This document shows, piece after piece, positions 1 to 9,163 of a stretch of DNA of 64,000 bases. Each line of letters starts with the position of its first letter. Positions within the stretch are counted from its first letter, which is position 1. The notes below the pieces were generated by a model, which saw only the letters and a list, made by a program, of their open reading frames with translations, had not been told where the DNA came from and ran no database searches. Where the stretch lies: positions 65,229-129,228 of the forward strand of contig JAFTPD010000002.1 of the NCBI GenBank assembly GCA_017463485.1. The letters are read 5' to 3'. The DNA is from Clostridia bacterium (GTDB taxonomy: Bacteria > Bacillota > Clostridia > Oscillospirales > CAG-272). A program made the translations under genes and the position numbers.

Positions 1-211
1 AGCTTTCACAGCCGTAAGAATACTTGTTTTCAATGCGGCTTATAATGGCTGGGAAACGGCTATGTTCTTTTATGCTGAAATATTCACCGTTGCCTTTTTT
101 GTCGCTGTACTGTTGCTTGATGTCGCAGTGCGCGTCATCAAAGCTGTTTCCACCAATAAAAATAGGAGAGGCGTATGAAGAAGTTAACCTGTATTGCTGT
201 GATATGCTCAT
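1..211 (-). CDS. hypothetical protein, N-terminal part only (runs off left edge)
   Basis: My own minus-strand translation: ATG at 211-209, open to position 1 (MSISQQYRLTSSYASPIFIGGNSFDDAHCDIKQQYSDKKGNGEYFSIKEHSRFPAIISRIENKYSYGCES). The listed 24..245 + ORF is its antisense shadow. No clear RBS, and it overlaps the divergent lipoprotein start, so the start is doubtful. Confidence 0.3.
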   Translation of the reverse strand, partial: MSISQQYRLTSSYASPIFIGGNSFDDAHCDIKQQYSDKKGNGEYFSIKEHSRFPAIISRIENKYSYGCES

Positions 212-478
212 TTTTACTCATGATGACATCCTGTTCTGCTTATAACGTTCGGCAAAACATCCTCCGAAATCGTGGAGAAATACGGCAATTTCGACTATAC
301 ATCAAATCCGCAAAATCAAATCAACGGCAATTACTTTGACTGTAAATGCGCTTATAAAACCAAAGAAGAACGAGTAGGCTTTTTCGGAACAGACCCCGCA
401 GAATATTATGCGATCTACTTTGATGCCGATGGGATAGCATATAAAATTGATGAGAAGTGGTACGTTCCGGGTGGATAA
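175..478 (+). pseudogene. small lipoprotein with split reading frame (frameshift or sequencing error)
   Basis: AGGAGAGG RBS 6 nt before ATG 175. Frame 1 encodes a lipoprotein signal peptide (MKKLTCIAVICSFLLMMTSCSAY) and stops near 330. The body continues open in frame 2 from about 227 (ITFGKTSSEIVEKYGNFDYTS... = listed ORF 272..478). A 1-nt shift near 238-250 would join them. Confidence 0.4.
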
Positions 479-549
479 TATTTTACAAAGCGCGTAAGTG
501 ACTATAACAACCAAATAAAGTAAATGCGTTTTTGAATAAAGGAGCAATA

Positions 550-1035
550 ATGAATAATAATAGGAAGGGCTGGACAAGGGTAGAAATTCAAACGAATGGG
601 AAAAAGATTTCATTTGAAATTGAAACATCAGGATTATACAATCTTAATTTCGGAGGATATCGCATAAGTTCATTGGATAAAATATACGGTGTTTTTATCA
701 CGGATAATATGGTATTCTTAATGAAACAAGATCCTGTTTTCCGTGACGGAGCATTGTTTGCACCGGCTATTAAAGAGGATAGACGTATTAATTGTGTTGA
801 TGCATATGATCGAAAGGGGGTACATTTGTGGAATATAGGCGATATAGTGGGCGATATTAAATTCGTTTTTCAAAGTACTTGGCTGACAACGAGAGATGAA
901 CTGATTTCCTCTGGTATATTGCCTAACGACGTCGACTGTTCTTTTGATATTTTGGCTTCTGTAGCCGAAGGTTTTCTGTATTATATTGATCCAATCCAGA
1001 AAAAAATTCTTAAAATAGTTACCGGCATTAAATAA
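550..1035 (+). CDS. hypothetical protein (161 aa), AT-rich gene
   Basis: AAAGGAG RBS 5 nt before ATG 550, inside listed ORF 532..1035. No motif recognised and no signal peptide. GC is clearly lower than the flanking sequence. Confidence 0.6.
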   Translation: MNNNRKGWTRVEIQTNGKKISFEIETSGLYNLNFGGYRISSLDKIYGVFITDNMVFLMKQDPVFRDGALFAPAIKEDRRINCVDAYDRKGVHLWNIGDIVGDIKFVFQSTWLTTRDELISSGILPNDVDCSFDILASVAEGFLYYIDPIQKKILKIVTGIK

Positions 1036-1070
1036 ATGCAAATAGGATTTTTGATAGTATAAACATTCAA

Positions 1071-1096
1071 GCGCCGCGCTGATTTCAGCGCGGCGC
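1071..1096. terminator. bidirectional hairpin between convergent genes
   Basis: GCGCCGCGCTG-atttc-AGCGCGGCGC perfect GC-rich stem between the 550..1035 stop and the gpmI stop. Confidence 0.6.
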
Positions 1097-1114
1097 AGGG
1101 TTTATACTTATCAA

Positions 1115-2773
1115 TCAAAACTCAATAATGGACTCGTCCCACATGTCGGGTGCTTCGTAGCCCATGAGATTTACCATGGTAGCGGCAACGTTGGAAAGAC
1201 CGAAGCTGCCGTTGTCAGCCTTCACCTTGTATGCGTTCTTTGCATCCGTGTTGTCATAGATGATGCAGGGAACGGGATTGAGCGTGTGGCTGGTCTTTGC
1301 CTTGAACTTGCCGTCCTTGCCTGCTTTGGGCTGGGCGGTCTTTTTGTCCATCTCGTACATCTCGTCTGCGTTTCCGTGGTCAGCGGTAATAAGAACCACG
1401 CCGCCGAGCTTATCAACGACTGCGAGGATTCTTGCAAGCTGAAGGTCCAGAGCCTCCATGGAGCAGAGAGTAGCGGCAAGCGAGCCTGTGTGACCTACCA
1501 TGTCGCCGTTGGGGAAGTTAACGCGGTAGTAGCGGTACTCGCCCTTTTCCAGCTCCTCAATAAGTCTGTCGGTGATCTCTGCGCACTTCATCCAGGGGCG
1601 CTGCTCGAAGGGAACAACGTCGGAGGGAATTTCAACGTAGGTTTCCAGCTCCTCGGAGAACTTTCCGGACTTGTTACCGTTCCAGAAGTAGGTAACGTGA
1701 CCGAACTTCTGCGTTTCGGACATAGCAAATTGACGGACACCCGTGTTAGCGAGATACTCGCTCATGGTGTTGGTGATCTCAGGGGGATTTACAAGGAACT
1801 TGGAGGGGATATGAAGGTCGCCGTCATATTCCAGCATACCTGCATATACTACCTTGGGGTAGCGCACCCTGTCAAACTTGTCAAACTCTCCTGCGGGCGT
1901 ATCAAACGCCTTGGAGATCTCAATAGAGCGGTCGCCGCGGAAGTTAAAGAAGATAACGCTGTCGCCGTCGTTGACAGTACCTACTGCCTCGCCGTCCTTT
2001 GCAATAACGAAGGGAGGAAGATCCTGGTCGATAACGTGATATTCCTCACGGTAAGCCTTAACAGCTTCTTCCGCGGAAGCAAATTGACGTCCCTCGCCGA
2101 GCACGTGAGTTTTCCAACCAAGCTCGACCATAGACCAGTCAGCCTCGTATCTATCCATAGTTACCTTCATACGTCCGCCGCCCGAAGCTATACAAACGTC
2201 GAAGTCGGGGGAGCGAAGCTCGCTCATAAACTCCTCAAAGGGAAGGATATAATCAAGCGCGGAGGTTTCTCCTACGTCACGTCCGTCGATAAGGATGTGG
2301 ATGCGCACGCGGTTGATTCCCTCAACCTTTGCCTGCTTTACCATAGCCTTGAGGTGGTCGATGTGGGAGTGAACGTTACCGTCGGAGAAAAGTCCGAGGA
2401 AGTGGAGGGTGGAGTTGTTGCTCTTTGCGTTTGCAACAAGCTCGCACCATGTGGAGGAAGCGAACATCTTGCCCGACTCGATTGAGTTGGAAACAAGCTT
2501 CGCGCCCTGCGCGAATACCTGGCCTGCACCGAGGGCGTTGTGACCGACCTCGCTGTTACCCATGTCGTCGTCACTGGGCAGACCGACGGCAGTACCGTGA
2601 GCCTTGAGCGAAACCATGGGGTAGTTAGCCATCAGCATATCGAGGGTAGGGGTGTAAGCAGTTGCAACTGCGTTGGAAACGGTGTTGGGAGCAAGTCCTA
2701 CGCCGTCCATAACGATAGTGAGAACGGGACCCTTTACGCCGTCAAAACCATTGATCTTGTTAAGCTTATTCAT
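1115..2773 (-). CDS. gpmI: 2,3-bisphosphoglycerate-independent phosphoglycerate mutase
   Basis: 552 aa. The N-terminus (VLTIVMDGVGL), NSEVGHNALGAG, and the C-terminal ADHGNADEM metal site are typical of iPGM. Start moved to the second ATG, 8 nt after AAAGGAGA; the 5' extension in the listed ORF lies upstream of this RBS and is unlikely to be translated. Confidence 0.9.
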   Translation of the reverse strand: MNKLNKINGFDGVKGPVLTIVMDGVGLAPNTVSNAVATAYTPTLDMLMANYPMVSLKAHGTAVGLPSDDDMGNSEVGHNALGAGQVFAQGAKLVSNSIESGKMFASSTWCELVANAKSNNSTLHFLGLFSDGNVHSHIDHLKAMVKQAKVEGINRVRIHILIDGRDVGETSALDYILPFEEFMSELRSPDFDVCIASGGGRMKVTMDRYEADWSMVELGWKTHVLGEGRQFASAEEAVKAYREEYHVIDQDLPPFVIAKDGEAVGTVNDGDSVIFFNFRGDRSIEISKAFDTPAGEFDKFDRVRYPKVVYAGMLEYDGDLHIPSKFLVNPPEITNTMSEYLANTGVRQFAMSETQKFGHVTYFWNGNKSGKFSEELETYVEIPSDVVPFEQRPWMKCAEITDRLIEELEKGEYRYYRVNFPNGDMVGHTGSLAATLCSMEALDLQLARILAVVDKLGGVVLITADHGNADEMYEMDKKTAQPKAGKDGKFKAKTSHTLNPVPCIIYDNTDAKNAYKVKADNGSFGLSNVAATMVNLMGYEAPDMWDESIIEF

Positions 2774-2792
2774 ATTCATATCTCCTTTTTGA

Positions 2793-4037
2793 TCAGTAAA
2801 GAGGATGCTTTGCGCAAAGTGCGGCAACGGTCTTGCGGCACTCGTCGGCAGAGTTTTCAAAGTCGGTAGCTACCAGCTTGAAGAGGTGAGCGATCACCTT
2901 CATATCCTCGGCATCAAAGCCGCGGGTAGTAGCCGCCGCAGTACCTACGCGGATACCGGATGTAACGAAGGGCTTTTCGGGGTCGTTGGGGATAGCGTTC
3001 TTGTTGACGGTGATGTGTACCTCGTCAAGACGCTTTTCCATTTCCTTGCCCGTGATTCCCATAGGACGGAGGTCAACGAGAGCGAGATGGTTGTCCGTTC
3101 CGCCGGAAACGAGGTCAAATCCTTCTGCAATCAACGCGTCTGCAAGAGCTTTGCAGTTTACAATGACATTGTGCTGATACTCCTTGAACTCGGGCTTGAG
3201 AGCCTCGCCGAAGCAAACAGCCTTAGCCGCGATAATGTGGAGCAGAGGACCACCCTGAATACCGGGGAATATAGCCTTGTTTATTTTCTTTGCAATTTCC
3301 TCGTCGTTGCAGAGGATAAGACCGCCTCTGGGACCGCGGAGAGTCTTGTGAGTGGTGGTGGTAACAACGTCAGCGTAAGGAACGGGGGAGGGATGCTCGC
3401 CTGTTGCCACAAGTCCCGCAATGTGCGCCATATCTACCATAAGGTATGCGCCGACGGAGTGTGCGATATTCGCAAGACGCTCAAAGTCGATAACACGAGG
3501 GTACGCGGACGCGCCTGCAACGAGCAGCTTGGGACGCACGGTCTTGACCTGCTCCTCCAGCTTGTCGTAGTCAATGGTGTGAGTGTCGTCCTCAACACCG
3601 TAGGAAACGAAATTATAGTAAATACCCGAAAGGTTAACGGGGCTTCCGTGAGTAAGATGTCCGCCGTGAGCAAGGCTCATTCCCATAACGGTGTCGCCGG
3701 GCTGAAGCAGAGCAACGTAGACAGCGGTGTTAGCCTGCGAGCCGCTGTGGGGCTGTACGTTTGCGTAATTTGCGCCGAAGAGCTGCTTTGCGCGCTCGAT
3801 AGCGATATTTTCGACAACGTCAACGCACTGACATCCGCCGTAGTAGCGCTTTGCAGGGTAGCCCTCTGCATATTTGTTTGTAAGTATGCTTCCTGCCGCA
3901 GCCAGAACAGCTGTCGATACGAAGTTTTCAGACGCGATAAGCTCAATGCCGTCGCACTCGCGCTTGTACTCGGCGTCAATAGCCGACGCAACCTCTTCAT
4001 CAAAGGAAGCAAGATACTGATTCAATTCTTTAACCAT
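2793..4037 (-). CDS. glyA: serine hydroxymethyltransferase
   Basis: [22 protein letters not shown] (PLP lysine motif). Start at internal Met (MVKELNQYL). 19 nt upstream of gpmI, so likely co-transcribed. Confidence 0.92.
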   Translation of the reverse strand: MVKELNQYLASFDEEVASAIDAEYKRECDGIELIASENFVSTAVLAAAGSILTNKYAEGYPAKRYYGGCQCVDVVENIAIERAKQLFGANYANVQPHSGSQANTAVYVALLQPGDTVMGMSLAHGGHLTHGSPVNLSGIYYNFVSYGVEDDTHTIDYDKLEEQVKTVRPKLLVAGASAYPRVIDFERLANIAHSVGAYLMVDMAHIAGLVATGEHPSPVPYADVVTTTTHKTLRGPRGGLILCNDEEIAKKINKAIFPGIQGGPLLHIIAAKAVCFGEALKPEFKEYQHNVIVNCKALADALIAEGFDLVSGGTDNHLALVDLRPMGITGKEMEKRLDEVHITVNKNAIPNDPEKPFVTSGIRVGTAAATTRGFDAEDMKVIAHLFKLVATDFENSADECRKTVAALCAKHPLY

Positions 4038-4183
4038 GGGATTTACCGTTCCTTTCAGTAGTCGTATTACGGGAATGTATCTATAATACACCTATAATAA
4101 TATATTATACTACATTTTTCCCCGTCTGCCAAGTAAACAAATATACAAAAATAAAAAAGTTTTGAAAATTATTGTATATATCA

Positions 4184-4212
4184 TTGACAAAAAGATGCTT
4201 TTGTGATATAAT
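4184..4212 (+). promoter_or_regulatory. sigma-A type promoter for the MGS-like gene
   Basis: TTGACA (4184-4189), 17-nt spacer, TGaTATAAT extended -10 (4204-4212), about 75 nt upstream of ATG 4287. Confidence 0.55.
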
Positions 4213-4286
4213 AAGCTAAAGTTTGGAGTGAGCGCGTCGGCGTTTACCCAAAACGGCGACACTAAAACGTAAGAGAGGGGTATTTA

Positions 4287-4727
4287 ATGGAGATTGCGAT
4301 CATTGCACACGACTTGAAAAAAGAGCTGGTCACCCAGTTTTGTATTGCATACTGCGGCATTTTGAGCAAGCACAATCTTTGCGCTACGAATATTACCGCT
4401 AAATATATTTCCGAGGCGACCGGTCTTGAAATAGAAAAGCTGCTTGCGGGCGAGCAGGGCGGCGAACAGCAGATAGCATCGCGTATCGCCTATAACGAGA
4501 TCGATATTCTCCTTTATTTCAGAGATACCCGCCCCACTGCGGGATATGACGAGACCGAGCACGAGCTGCTCCGCATGTGCGACCTTTACAATATCCCCGT
4601 TGCTACCAATATTGCAACGGCTGAGGTGCTTGTAATGGCACTTGACCGCGGCGACCTTGATTGGCGTGAGGTCATGAACCCCCGTTCCGAGTATAACAGA
4701 AAAAAGAACGCGAAGGCGGGTCTTTGA
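4287..4727 (+). CDS. methylglyoxal synthase-like domain protein (active-site motifs degenerate)
   Basis: Collinear with MgsA (IAIIAHD..., NIPVATNIATAE), but TGTTG is TNITA, GGDQQ is GGEQQ, and PHxPD is GYDETE. Confidence 0.75.
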   Translation: MEIAIIAHDLKKELVTQFCIAYCGILSKHNLCATNITAKYISEATGLEIEKLLAGEQGGEQQIASRIAYNEIDILLYFRDTRPTAGYDETEHELLRMCDLYNIPVATNIATAEVLVMALDRGDLDWREVMNPRSEYNRKKNAKAGL

Positions 4728-4789
4728 GGTTATAATTTAATATCACATTCAGCGTGAAGTGCCGCGGTATGCGGCGTTTTACGGAATAG

Positions 4790-4993
4790 CGCGTCGAGTT
4801 TTCCGCGTACAGAGAGGAAGGGCAGGTGAGAGCCTTCCGGTATTGACTCGACTGTGTACCGACCGTGAAATATTCACGCCGCTTGTACGCGCAATTTGCG
4901 CCCTGAGTTAAAAATTCGGGTGGAACCGTGCATTATTTTGTAAATATGCACCCCGAAGGATAGCAGTCGGCTGTCCTTCGGGGCTTATTTTTT
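4790..4993 (+). promoter_or_regulatory. T-box leader (tRNA-Thr sensing) of thrS
   Basis: AGAGAG and GGTGAGA stem I motifs (4811-4830). T-box sequence AATTCGGGTGGAACCGTGC (4913-4930). Terminator CCCCGAAGGATAG...CTGTCCTTCGGGG plus T-run (4951-4992). Candidate Thr specifier ACT (4846) or ACC (4858). Confidence 0.8.
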
Positions 4994-5033
4994 GTAAACA
5001 ATAATTTTTATATATTTTTTGGAGGAGATCAAA

Positions 5034-6968
5034 ATGAAGATCAATTTTGGTTCAAAGGTCGTAGAGCTTGAAGCTCCTATGACCGTTTACGACGCGGCGG
5101 CATCGGCAGAGCTTATCAGCCGAAGCGTTATCGGAGCAAGGGTGAACGGCAAGCTTTGCGCACTCACTGAAGCACTCGCATCTGACGCGGACGTTCAGCT
5201 CCTTACCTTTGAGGATGCCGACGGCAAGCATATTTTCCGTCACAGCGCGTCCCACATTCTCGCGCAGGCTGTAAAAAGACTTTATCCCGACACAAAGCTT
5301 ACTATCGGTCCTGCAATCGAGAACGGATTTTACTACGATTTTGACAGTGAAGTGTCCTTTACGCCCGACGTTCTCAAAAAGTTAGAGGACGAAATGAAGA
5401 AAATCGTCAAGGAAAATCACAAGATCGAAAGATTTGAGCTGCCGAGAGCGGAGGCGATCGCTCTTATGCAGGAAAAGGACGAGCCCTACAAGGTACAGCT
5501 TATCCAGGAGCTGCCCGAGGGCGAGGTCATCAGCTTCTACCGTCAGGGCGAGTTTGTGGACCTGTGTGCAGGACCTCACCTGTTTGCAACGGGTGCTGTC
5601 AAGGCTCTCAAGCTGACTCAATGCACGGGCGCTTATTGGAAGGGCGACCAGAAAAATAAGATGCTCCAGCGCGTTTACGGCGTGGCTTTCCCCTCAAAGG
5701 ACGAGCTGAGAGTTTACCTTGAGGCAGTTGAGGAAGCCAAGAAGCGCGACCACAATAAGCTCGGTCGAGAGCTTGAATTCTTTACCACGGTGGACACTAT
5801 CGGTCAGGGACTTCCCATTATTCTTCCCAAGGGCTCTCGCGTTATTCAGACGCTCCAGCGTTGGATAGAGGACGAGGAGCAAAGAAGGGGATACCTGCTC
5901 ACCAAAACGCCGCTTATGGCAAAGCGCGAGCTGTATAAGATATCGGGACACTGGGATCACTATCTTGACGGTATGTTCGTGCTGGGCGATCCTCACGACG
6001 AAACCAAGGAGTGCTTTGCTCTCCGTCCTATGACTTGCCCCTTCCAGTATCAGGTGTTCCTGAATAAGAAGCGCTCTTACCGCGACCTGCCCATGCGTCT
6101 TGGCGAAACGTCTACTCTGTTCCGTAATGAGGATTCGGGTGAGATGCACGGACTTATCCGCGTGCGTCAGTTCACCATCTCCGAGGGACATCTTATTCTC
6201 CGTCCCGAGCAGCTTGAGGAGGAGTTCCGCGGCTGTCTGGAGCTTGCAAAGTACGTCCTCGATACCGTTGGTATGCTTGAAAATTGCTCTTTCAGATTCT
6301 CGCAGTGGGATCCCGCGAGAGCAGGCATCAAGTATGAGGGAACGGCAGAGCAGTGGGAGCATGCGCAGGCTGTAATGAAGGATATTCTTGACAAGCTTGA
6401 GGTTAAATACGAGATCGGTATCGACGAGGCGGCGTTCTACGGACCAAAGTTGGATATTCAGTATAAGAACGTGTTCGGTAAGGAGGATACTATCGTAACC
6501 ATTCAGATCGATATGCTGCTTGCGGAAAAGTTCGGTATGGAATATGTTGATTCCGACGGACAGCTCAAAAAGCCGTATATCATTCACCGCACGTCTCTCG
6601 GATGCTACGAGCGTACACTTGCATACCTTATCGAAAGATACGCAGGCGCACTGCCTACTTGGATGGCACCCGTTCAGGTCAAGATGCTTCCTATGGGCGA
6701 CGAGCAGATCGAGTACTGCGAGGAATTCGCAAAGCGCGCGGGCGCTATGGGCGTGCGTGTTGAGATAGATCGAAGCAACAACACCGTAGGATACAAGATC
6801 CGTAACGCACAGCAGGAAAAAGTGCCTTATATGCTGATAATCGGCGGTAAGGAAATGGCAGACAACACAGTTGCTGTTCGCTCCCGTAAGGAGGGCGATA
6901 TCGGAGCAGTGGATAAGGATAAATTCCTCTCCGACCTTCTCGTTGAGATCGCTGAAAAGCGCAGATAA
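5034..6968 (+). CDS. thrS: threonine--tRNA ligase
   Basis: TGS, editing and class II core motifs (FRHSASHILAQA, RPMTCPFQ, RVRQFTISEGH, YIIHRTSLG). ATG 5034 follows a GGAGGAG RBS; the listed TTG start lies inside the RBS. Confidence 0.93.
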   Translation: MKINFGSKVVELEAPMTVYDAAASAELISRSVIGARVNGKLCALTEALASDADVQLLTFEDADGKHIFRHSASHILAQAVKRLYPDTKLTIGPAIENGFYYDFDSEVSFTPDVLKKLEDEMKKIVKENHKIERFELPRAEAIALMQEKDEPYKVQLIQELPEGEVISFYRQGEFVDLCAGPHLFATGAVKALKLTQCTGAYWKGDQKNKMLQRVYGVAFPSKDELRVYLEAVEEAKKRDHNKLGRELEFFTTVDTIGQGLPIILPKGSRVIQTLQRWIEDEEQRRGYLLTKTPLMAKRELYKISGHWDHYLDGMFVLGDPHDETKECFALRPMTCPFQYQVFLNKKRSYRDLPMRLGETSTLFRNEDSGEMHGLIRVRQFTISEGHLILRPEQLEEEFRGCLELAKYVLDTVGMLENCSFRFSQWDPARAGIKYEGTAEQWEHAQAVMKDILDKLEVKYEIGIDEAAFYGPKLDIQYKNVFGKEDTIVTIQIDMLLAEKFGMEYVDSDGQLKKPYIIHRTSLGCYERTLAYLIERYAGALPTWMAPVQVKMLPMGDEQIEYCEEFAKRAGAMGVRVEIDRSNNTVGYKIRNAQQEKVPYMLIIGGKEMADNTVAVRSRKEGDIGAVDKDKFLSDLLVEIAEKRR

Positions 6969-7124
6969 ACGGGCTGTCTCACTAATGTGATCCAGCCCAC
7001 GAAATCGAACTTGACGAATGAAATTCGTCATTTTGGCGCTAAAAAAGCATAAAATTTTCTCCGAAAAGACGCCAAAAACGTTCGAGTTTCCGAAAATGAT
7101 GGATTCCTTGCCATCATTTTCGAG

Positions 7125-7150
7125 GGGGCTGTCGCATTTGCGACAGCCCC
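7125..7150. terminator. hairpin downstream of the DeoR-family gene
   Basis: GGGGCTGTCGC-attt-GCGACAGCCCC perfect stem, 3 nt from the stop at 7154. Weak U-tract. Confidence 0.45.
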
Positions 7151-7153
7151 TTA

Positions 7154-7894
7154 TCAAATGAATTTTTCTTTGTATTTCGGAAAATGCTCGGATATGTCCC
7201 GCTCGCTGATAACGTGATCCACGTTTTCGAGGGAACAAAGAGTACTCAGACACGGCTCGCCTATTTTTTGCGAGTCCAGCATCAGCACGCGCTTTTTGGA
7301 GCGGGACAGCATTGCCCGACGAATGGAATTTTCGGCTATCGCATTGTCGGTCAGAGCACCGTATTCCGTCAGCGTGCGCACCGAGAAAAAGCAAATGTCG
7401 GCGTTGAATGAGCGAATAAAATTCTCCGCATAGCTGCCAACGTAAACCAGCGTGTCGGGGACAAGCTCGCCGCCCGTGACAAAGGTCTTAATATTGGCGT
7501 TTGCAAGAATGAGCGGAGCTTTTGCGCTGTTGGTAATAACGATTATAGACTTTTTTCCGTCAAGCAAGCGTAGCAGGGCAAGGGCAGAGGAGGAACCGTC
7601 CGTCATGATGATATCGCCGTCGCGAATGAGGTCAAGACATTTCTTGCCAATAATATTTTTAGCGTCCGAATGCTCCCGCTCACGCAAGGACAGCGGCAGA
7701 TTTTCGCCAAGCTCGCTCTTATGCTCTGCGCCGCCGTGGGTGCGGATTATTTTTCCCTCTGAACTCAAGGTAGCAAGATCGCGGCGCATTGTGGGCTCGC
7801 TGACGTAAAAGGCGCGGCAAAGCTCCTCAACCGTCGCGCGCTTGTTCTGGCGCAGATATTCAAGAATTTTTGCTTCTCTTTCTTTGACTGACAT
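7154..7894 (-). CDS. DeoR/GlpR family transcriptional regulator
   Basis: N-terminal HTH (ILEYLRQNKRATVEELCRAFYVSEPTMRRDL) and a C-terminal DeoR sugar-phosphate-binding-type domain. Confidence 0.85.
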   Translation of the reverse strand: MSVKEREAKILEYLRQNKRATVEELCRAFYVSEPTMRRDLATLSSEGKIIRTHGGAEHKSELGENLPLSLREREHSDAKNIIGKKCLDLIRDGDIIMTDGSSSALALLRLLDGKKSIIVITNSAKAPLILANANIKTFVTGGELVPDTLVYVGSYAENFIRSFNADICFFSVRTLTEYGALTDNAIAENSIRRAMLSRSKKRVLMLDSQKIGEPCLSTLCSLENVDHVISERDISEHFPKYKEKFI

Positions 7895-7946
7895 TGTTGA
7901 CCTCCCGTGAGCGTATGAATGAATTTTAAGTGTTAATCTATTAAAT

Positions 7947-7998
7947 TTTGAGCGAAACGGTCAGAATATGCATAAACTCTTGACAAATCCGCTCAAAA
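7947..7998. promoter_or_regulatory. inverted repeat flanking the promoter of the Ldh_2/malic enzyme operon (candidate DeoR operator)
   Basis: TTTTGAGCG (7947-7955) and CGCTCAAAA (7990-7998) are inverted copies. TTGACA at 7980-7985 with TATAAC 17 nt downstream. Confidence 0.4.
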
Positions 7999-8049
7999 CG
8001 ATTATAACATAAGTAGTAGAAAAAATCAATACTTTAAGGAGAATTTTTT

Positions 8050-9162
8050 ATGCCAAAGGTCAATCTTGATTGGAAAACAGCCACAGAATTTATTACCGAC
8101 GCATTCGTAGGTGCGGGCGTACCTCGTGAGGATGCCGAGATCTGTACCGACGTATTGCTTGAAAGTGACCGCCGCGGAATCGAGTCCCACGGCTGCAATC
8201 GTTTCAAGCCCATCTATATCGACAGAATCAAGGCGGGTATCCAGAACCCGGTGACGAATTTTGAAATTGTCAAGGAAACTCCCACCACCGCCGTTGTTGA
8301 CGGACACGACGGAATGGGACAGGTTATCGGTCACAAGGCTATGAGTATGGCTATCGCGAAGGCAAAGGAGTACGGTATGGGCATGGTAGTTGTTCGCAAT
8401 TCCTGCCACTATGGTATTGCGGGCTACTATGCAACGATGGCAACCAATGCAGGCTGTATCGGTATGACGGGTACGAATGCGCGTCCCTCCGTTGCACCCA
8501 CCTTCGGCGTTGAGGGTATGTTCGGCACCAATCCCTATACCGTAGGCATTCCTACCGACGAGGAGTTTGACTTTATCTTCGACTGCGCAACCTCTATCAC
8601 GCAGAACGGTAAAATTGAGTATTACGAGAGAATAGGTGAGGACGTTCACCCCGGCACCGTTATCGACAGCGACGGAAACGCAGTCGAGGGCGACGCGGGA
8701 GTTGCGCTCAAAAAGATCCGACAGGGTACTGCCGCACTGACTACCCTCGGAGGTATCGGAGAGGCTCTCGGCGGTTACAAGGGCTATGGATTTGCTATGG
8801 TAGTTGAGCTTCTGTCCGCCGCATTGCAGGACGGTCACTATGGAAAATACCTTGACGGAAAAGACGAAAACGGCAACATTCGCCCCTACGGACTCGGACA
8901 TTTCTTTATCGCTATCGACACCGAGCATTTCCTTGGCGAGGCGGCTTGCCGCAAGACGGCGGGCGATATCATCCGTGCCGTCCGCGCATCCAAGAAAGCA
9001 CCTGATGCGGAAAGAATTTATACCGCAGGCGAGAAGGAGTACGAGATCTGGTGCGCGCGCAAGGACAGCGGCGTTCCGATCAACGAATCCGTTCAGCAGG
9101 AAATGATAAAGGTAAGAGACGAGATGGGACTTACACAGTATACGTTCCCTTGGGAGAAATAA
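8050..9162 (+). CDS. Ldh_2 family (malate/L-lactate/sulfolactate dehydrogenase type 2) oxidoreductase
   Basis: ESDRRGIESHGCNRF and the overall layout are typical of the Ldh_2 family. AAGGAGA RBS. Confidence 0.8.
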   Translation: MPKVNLDWKTATEFITDAFVGAGVPREDAEICTDVLLESDRRGIESHGCNRFKPIYIDRIKAGIQNPVTNFEIVKETPTTAVVDGHDGMGQVIGHKAMSMAIAKAKEYGMGMVVVRNSCHYGIAGYYATMATNAGCIGMTGTNARPSVAPTFGVEGMFGTNPYTVGIPTDEEFDFIFDCATSITQNGKIEYYERIGEDVHPGTVIDSDGNAVEGDAGVALKKIRQGTAALTTLGGIGEALGGYKGYGFAMVVELLSAALQDGHYGKYLDGKDENGNIRPYGLGHFFIAIDTEHFLGEAACRKTAGDIIRAVRASKKAPDAERIYTAGEKEYEIWCARKDSGVPINESVQQEMIKVRDEMGLTQYTFPWEK

Positions 9163-9163
9163 T

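Noticed and set aside
302-1041. Minus-strand ORFs 302..628 and 718..1041
   Set aside because: They are AT-rich antisense ORFs overlapping better-supported plus-strand genes that have strong RBS sequences.
1286-2485. 399-aa plus-strand ORF
   Set aside because: Entirely antisense to gpmI, which has unambiguous motifs. The composition (Leu/Val/Gly-rich, no motif, no RBS) is typical of a shadow ORF in GC-rich coding DNA.
2805-4061. 418-aa plus-strand ORF
   Set aside because: Antisense shadow of glyA; no RBS or recognisable domain.
5694-7394. 566-aa minus-strand ORF
   Set aside because: Antisense to thrS and running into the DeoR gene region. No motifs. The thrS assignment is certain.
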